Made by a program: the position numbers and the translations under genes
In this document: piece after piece, positions 59,051 to 64,000 of the stretch
Layout of the letters: every line of letters begins with the position of its first letter
Numbering within the stretch: the stretch's first letter is position 1
The notes under the pieces: model-generated
Database searches by the model: none
The model's input: only the letters and a program-made list of their open reading frames with translations
What the model was told of the DNA's origin: nothing
Source of the DNA: Eledone cirrhosa
Taxonomy: Eukaryota
Reading direction: 5' to 3'
Length of the DNA stretch: 64,000 nucleotides
Assembly (NCBI GenBank): GCA_964016885.1
Contig: OZ024760.1
Location: forward strand, 4,402,001-4,466,000

Positions 59051-60363
59051 GCTCTTATTCTTCACTTAAATTATTCTCTTTAAAGACTACTCTTTCTGAT
59101 TTACTTTCATTTTTAACCTTATTATTATTTTTATTTTTATTTTTATTTTTATTTTTATTTTTACTTCACATCCACCAGTAACCCCCCCTCCCCTTATTCT
59201 TCGATTCACTTACCTAATATCTTCACTTTCCACATTTTACTTCCCTATTTTCTTTACTACCTGAGTCACTGGTCACTTGCGTTTTCCACTTCAGATATTT
59301 TCTGTTATTTCGCAGCCAATTTTATATTTTTATAATTGTACTCATTTATTCATAAGGCTGCTTTACACCCTGTATCTATGTGTCTGAGCGTTTTTATGTG
59401 TGTATACGTCCTGTATATGTACACGAACGCCTCCGTATGCGCGCGTGCGTGCGTGTATATATATATGTGTATGTATGTGTGTTTTATATCTGTGTTTTTA
59501 CATCTATGTTTTTTACATTCTTATTTTTATGCGTGTGCGTGTAAGCGGGTCAATGTACGTGAATATGTTTGTGTGTATGTGTGTATATATGTATTGTATG
59601 TATGGGTGTGTATGTGTGCGTGTATATATATATATATATATATATACAGTCGCGTACGTACGTGTGATTAGATATACATGGGGCGATATGTATGTATATG
59701 TATGCGTGCATCCTGTGTATGTACGTACGCATTCATACGCTTTTGTCTGTACGTATTGCGTGTATATATATTTTTTTTTTATACATATATGTGTATGTAC
59801 GCGTGTTTCTTCTTTTCTTTTCTTTTCTTTTCTTTTCTTTTCTTTTCTTTTCTTTTCTTTTCTTTTCTTTTGTGTTAATTGACTACTTTCTATTTCATTT
59901 AAAAATTTTTTCTTTCTCACATATTTTTTAATTTTTATATATATATCGAGAATGACACTTTCTATTAACTATTACACTCCCTTCCCCCTTTATCTTCCGC
60001 ATATAAGTGATCGCGCGTGTGTGTGTGTTTATACGCGTGCTTTCATTCTCATATGTGTATCTAATACCTGCTTCTGGATTCGTGTCAACTAGATTATATC
60101 CGTTTTGTGGTTACATATACACAAATATACTTGCCCTCATATATGTACTTACGCACACATTTCCACCATACACACGCATTTGTACATACATACATATGTA
60201 CATTTGTGAGTGTATATACATACATATACACACACCTAACTATATTTCCTTATATTTTTTATATATTTTGTATGTCTATTGCATTACCTTTATTTATATA
60301 TATATTTTTTTGTTGCATTTCTTGAGGAGACTTTCCAAATATTTCACTATGTTTTATATTGCC

Positions 60364-60437
60364 TTGTCCGACGAACGAATGAGGACGTTTCTTTCGTATT
60401 CGTCTTATTCGGGAAACCTCTGGTAATGAGGTAATTA
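60364..60437 (+). ncRNA. Type I hammerhead ribozyme fold (degenerate core CCGACGA)
   Basis: CCGACGA; long stem II CGAAUGAGGACG/CGUCUUAUUCG; GAAA; stem III CCUC(uggUaau)GAGG; then UA. Stem I is weak. Confidence 0.6.
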
Positions 60438-60537
60438 TATTGTATTGTTTATTATACATTAAATTTTGCTCTGGTACTTACATAGAGCACTCTTCACTCC
60501 TATGACTTTTTCAATTTTCAACGGAAACTTCAATACC

Positions 60538-60603
<66 letters not shown>

Positions 60604-60608
<5 letters not shown>

Positions 60609-60856
60609 CAAAATATTAATAAATGAAGACGTTCACAGAGAACACTTCTTTGTTGAGTGCTTTGAATCTATTGTAAAACTATAAGTAATCAATGAACCTT
60701 ATTAACATTTGATCATATATATATATAACCAAAGATTAATATGGTTCATTGATTACTCAATGAATATAGTTTTACAATAGATTAAAAACACTCTACAGTG
60801 AAGTTTTTCTGGAGTTATATTTGATTATGTGAATGTCTTCATTTATTAATATTCTG

Positions 60857-60862
<6 letters not shown>
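60604..60862. repeat. Imperfect inverted repeat between (TA)n tracts
   Basis: ttattcaaaatattaataaatgaagac..aatctattgtaaaactata..gtaatcaatgaacc versus its reverse complement at 60730-60862. Confidence 0.75.
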
Positions 60863-60919
<57 letters not shown>

Positions 60920-60922
<3 letters not shown>

Positions 60923-61210
60923 TTTTTGAATTTGTTTTGGAAGATTTTTTATCTGAAAATGTGTGTTGAAACAGATATTGTTATATTTGGGGAAGGTCAT
61001 GCTGCCAATAAAGACGCATGCATCCTTTGTTCTGTCCTATACACCATCTTGTTTTTGTCAAGAGATTTGACAATATATATATACAATTATCCGGTTATTG
61101 AAGTAAAAATCAATAGGTGCGTGTGTTTTTATTGGCAACATGACCCTCCCAAAGTATACCAATATCTGTTTCAACGCACGTTTTCAGATAAGAAATCTTC
61201 AAAAACGAAG
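60920..61210. mobile_element. Head-to-head family-A pair
   Basis: Minus arm 60920-61060 and plus arm 61060-61210 share ttattggcaacatgaccctcccaaagtata..caatatctgtttcaac.cac.ttttcagataa. Confidence 0.75.
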
Positions 61211-61325
61211 TGTATATATATATATATATATATATAGTAATAATAATAATAAATTTGAAGACTAAAATCCAAAGAGGGCTCGATAAGGATAAATATATAT
61301 CAAATATATAAGAACCGTAGAGCAA

Positions 61326-61508
61326 ATATTTATTAAAATAACAGATTAAAGTTTAAGCAAATAATCGCTGCTTTCACCCTTAACGGGATCTTCTGAAACT
61401 AACAAAGTCAATCTGTAAACCATTTACAGATTGACTTTGTTAGTTTCAGAAGATCCCGTTAAGGGTGAAAGCAGCGATTATTTGCTTAAACTTTAATCTG
61501 TTATTTTA

Positions 61509-61516
<8 letters not shown>
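61326..61516. repeat. Perfect 191-bp palindrome (94-bp arms, CCA loop) carrying two family-B hammerhead folds (61350-61400 minus, 61442-61492 plus)
   Basis: The arms are exact reverse complements around 61420-61422. Confidence 0.9.
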
Positions 61517-61545
<29 letters not shown>

Positions 61546-61934
61546 ATGAAAAAAATATATGTATATATAGAGAGAGAAAGAGCCATATATGGTATAAGAA
61601 ACACAGTATATTATATATATATACCAAATACATATTCTATAGAAGAATATGTACACAGGTGGAATCACAAGAGAAAGCTTATATATATAAGAATGAGATA
61701 GCATTGTTTTATATATATCTTGTTGATCTTATTGATATATATGTGTGTGTTTGTGTGAAGGCACATGGCTTAGTACTAGACACCTACTGTTTATGTATTA
61801 ACCTCGAAAGGATTTGAACTAACAGTACAGAGCAGTGAGCCAGAACAAATACCGTAGAGGCCTTCTATCCAATGTTCTAATGACCCTGCCTGCACATGCG
61901 TCATTTACACGCTAATTGAATAAGCATGCTATTC

Positions 61935-62400
61935 CATTGACCGTTGAGGGGATCGAGGGGTGGGCAGAGATCTCAAACAGACCTTCTAAAGGGTCCTATC
62001 AGAAACAACCATTTCCAAATGATTCAGCTAGATCCCCAAGCATAACCAACTGAGTGTATGGGTGTTATCCAACTATCTTTATCGTGGTCTACTTCTGGGT
62101 CTTCTATAAAATCTGCCCAGCAGTTCTTTCCTTAGACATTCTAACCACATATCTTCTGTAGTACCTGTGTGGTGATTTCACGATTTTAAAGAAATAGCGG
62201 CTCTACCTTGAGCAACCCCACAATCTATGAGCTACACACCCTATTGAGTAACGTTACTCCAAAGACCCTTCCGAGAAACCCCTTTTCAGCGGCATATATT
62301 TGTGATTGTATTCTTTCGGTCATTGCCCAAGTTTCGTGACCTTAGTTATGAATAGGCACAAATACCGAATTGAAGACAGTGAGTTTGGGTTTTACACCTA
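61935..62400 (-). mobile_element. Older RTE-type LINE 3' fragment
   Basis: gggtcctatcagaaacaacc..gatccccaagc..agacattctaaccaca, homologous to the 43203 and 55915 copies. Confidence 0.65.
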
Positions 62401-62786
62401 CTTCCTTTCTTCTGGTGACAGAGTGCTGAAGCTGGAACACTCATCTTTGAAATCGACGTATCTCCATTTACCTATTTATTTGTTTCTAGAAAACACCTCC
62501 TTTGCATTCCCCCTCTTTATATTGTCTTATTCTCTATCTTTTTCTCTCCTCACTTTGGTCTTTATCTCAACAGCTCTCCCCTCACACCATCACATCCATA
62601 TCTTCTCTCAGTAATGTCTTTGTTTAAATTTCTTCTCCTCCTCATCTTTCCTTCCCCTATCCAGCTACTCATATTTCTATTTTGATATATAACTTTATCT
62701 CCCTGTCCACATCTCATATTTTCTCCTCTCTGAATAGGATCTTTATTTTAATAATTCTCCCTACCTTTCTTTGTTTTCATAAATTG

Positions 62787-62863
<77 letters not shown>

Positions 62864-64000
62864 CCGAGCCCGTCACCGAGGGGAGAGGGGGGCATTAACT
62901 GGCACTACCATCTTACTTTTCAATGGTGCCCCCTCAAATTTGGAAAATAGAGTTTGAAAAAATTAAAAAAACACATACTGAAACATTTGAATTAAAGAAC
63001 CCACTCATAATGTACTGAAGATCCCACCACTACCATCGCCGAGCACCAAAACCTGGCGATGGACTTTCAAACAGACCCACTGTCTTCCAAGTGGGCTGGG
63101 ACATGCATCACACTTATATATGTTCCTGTACTCTATCAATTGTTCGGACAAGCCAGGGGCCCTGAATTTTGATCCTGTGATTAACCAAACGCATTTTAAC
63201 ATGGTACCAACACTAGTGTCTTTGACACAGCTTAAAAGTCCTTCCGGTCCTTTGTTTGGGCAAGTTTTCTATGGCTAGATGCCCTTCCTATGACAACCTC
63301 TCTCTCTCTCGTTAGGTTTTCTCTTGTATATATTTTGTTGATATTGTATTATGACATCCGTCGTGGAGACAGGTATAATCAGGGCCACCGAAGCAGGCAA
63401 AGATTTTTCTCAGCATGGTTGCTGTTGGGCCCCTGAACAAAGTACTAGCTGTACCTCGCCCCCTCTCATAGGCCCTGGATGCAAGGGCCTTGTTTCAGAG
63501 GGGTACCAGGGGACATCCCCCCACCCCCCACCCCCACCCCACCCCACCCCACACACCCCACCCCACACACACACACACACTTTTTCAAACGTCTATATTT
63601 TATTTTTTGTATATTTGATATAATAAATTCTTTTTAAGCTTATTTTTTTTATATCTGAACTTCATTTGAATATATAAAATTTAATTAGCGTAAAATTTTA
63701 CTTATGTGATAGGGTCCGGGAAAGGTACCATAAGCAATTTATGCTCCTTTAAGAATCAACAAATGTTGGTTTGTCCCCTTCACATTTTTAAGGCAAACGA
63801 GGCCCCTGCCTGGATGTAATAGGTAAAGTTTTTATTTTATTTTAAAGGTAGTTAGTTAATAGGTTTCGTTAGAATTTTGAAGGTGAAATATTTTTTTCCT
63901 ATACTAATATGGCCTCCATACCGTCGTAAATTACTCAATTTCTGTTTTTACCTTCACCCGAGGACTCCATAACACCCGTTTCTTAAACGGGTGAGATAAT

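Larger units (their letters stand above)
57197..60537 (+). mobile_element. Penelope-like element: ORF, microsatellite-rich 3' region and pLTR with hammerhead, bounded by (TA)n
   Basis: (TA)n at 57171-57196 and from 60538; same-strand hammerhead fold at 60364-60437. Linking the 3' region to the ORF is inferred. Confidence 0.65.

Noticed and set aside
59050-59330. SECIS element / selenoprotein PLE
   Set aside because: No in-frame TGA in the retained ORF and no evident AUGA..AA..GA stem-loop after the stop.
63380-63477. hAT-like MITE (cagggcc...ggccctg)
   Set aside because: Only a 7-bp inverted match, no TSD, single copy in the window.

Overview
Repeat-dominated eukaryotic (animal) DNA. The SINE families and microsatellite load suggest a cephalopod such as Octopus, which is an inference. 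Main contents: (1) a Tx1/L1-like LINE on the minus strand (1-~4170; ORF1 intact, ORF2 with one premature stop, running off the window edge); (2) a ~28.6 kb (ACC)n-derived array (8839-37420) with nested higher-order periods of ~4.2 and ~5.55 kb; (3) many copies of a tRNA-derived SINE; (4) a non-autonomous Helitron; (5) two CRE-type restriction-like-endonuclease fragments; (6) a decayed RTE LINE and RTE 3' fragments; (7) a 5'-truncated Penelope-like element (RT + GIY-YIG, Naiad-like); (8) one probable host exon encoding a signal peptide (48079-48255). The most notable unannotated signal is a set of short, (TA)n-embedded, often head-to-head palindromic elements carrying hammerhead ribozyme folds (pLTR/retrozyme-like). 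One family has a non-canonical CAGAAGA core fixed in all four intact copies. Most long ORFs in the supplied track are microsatellite artefacts.
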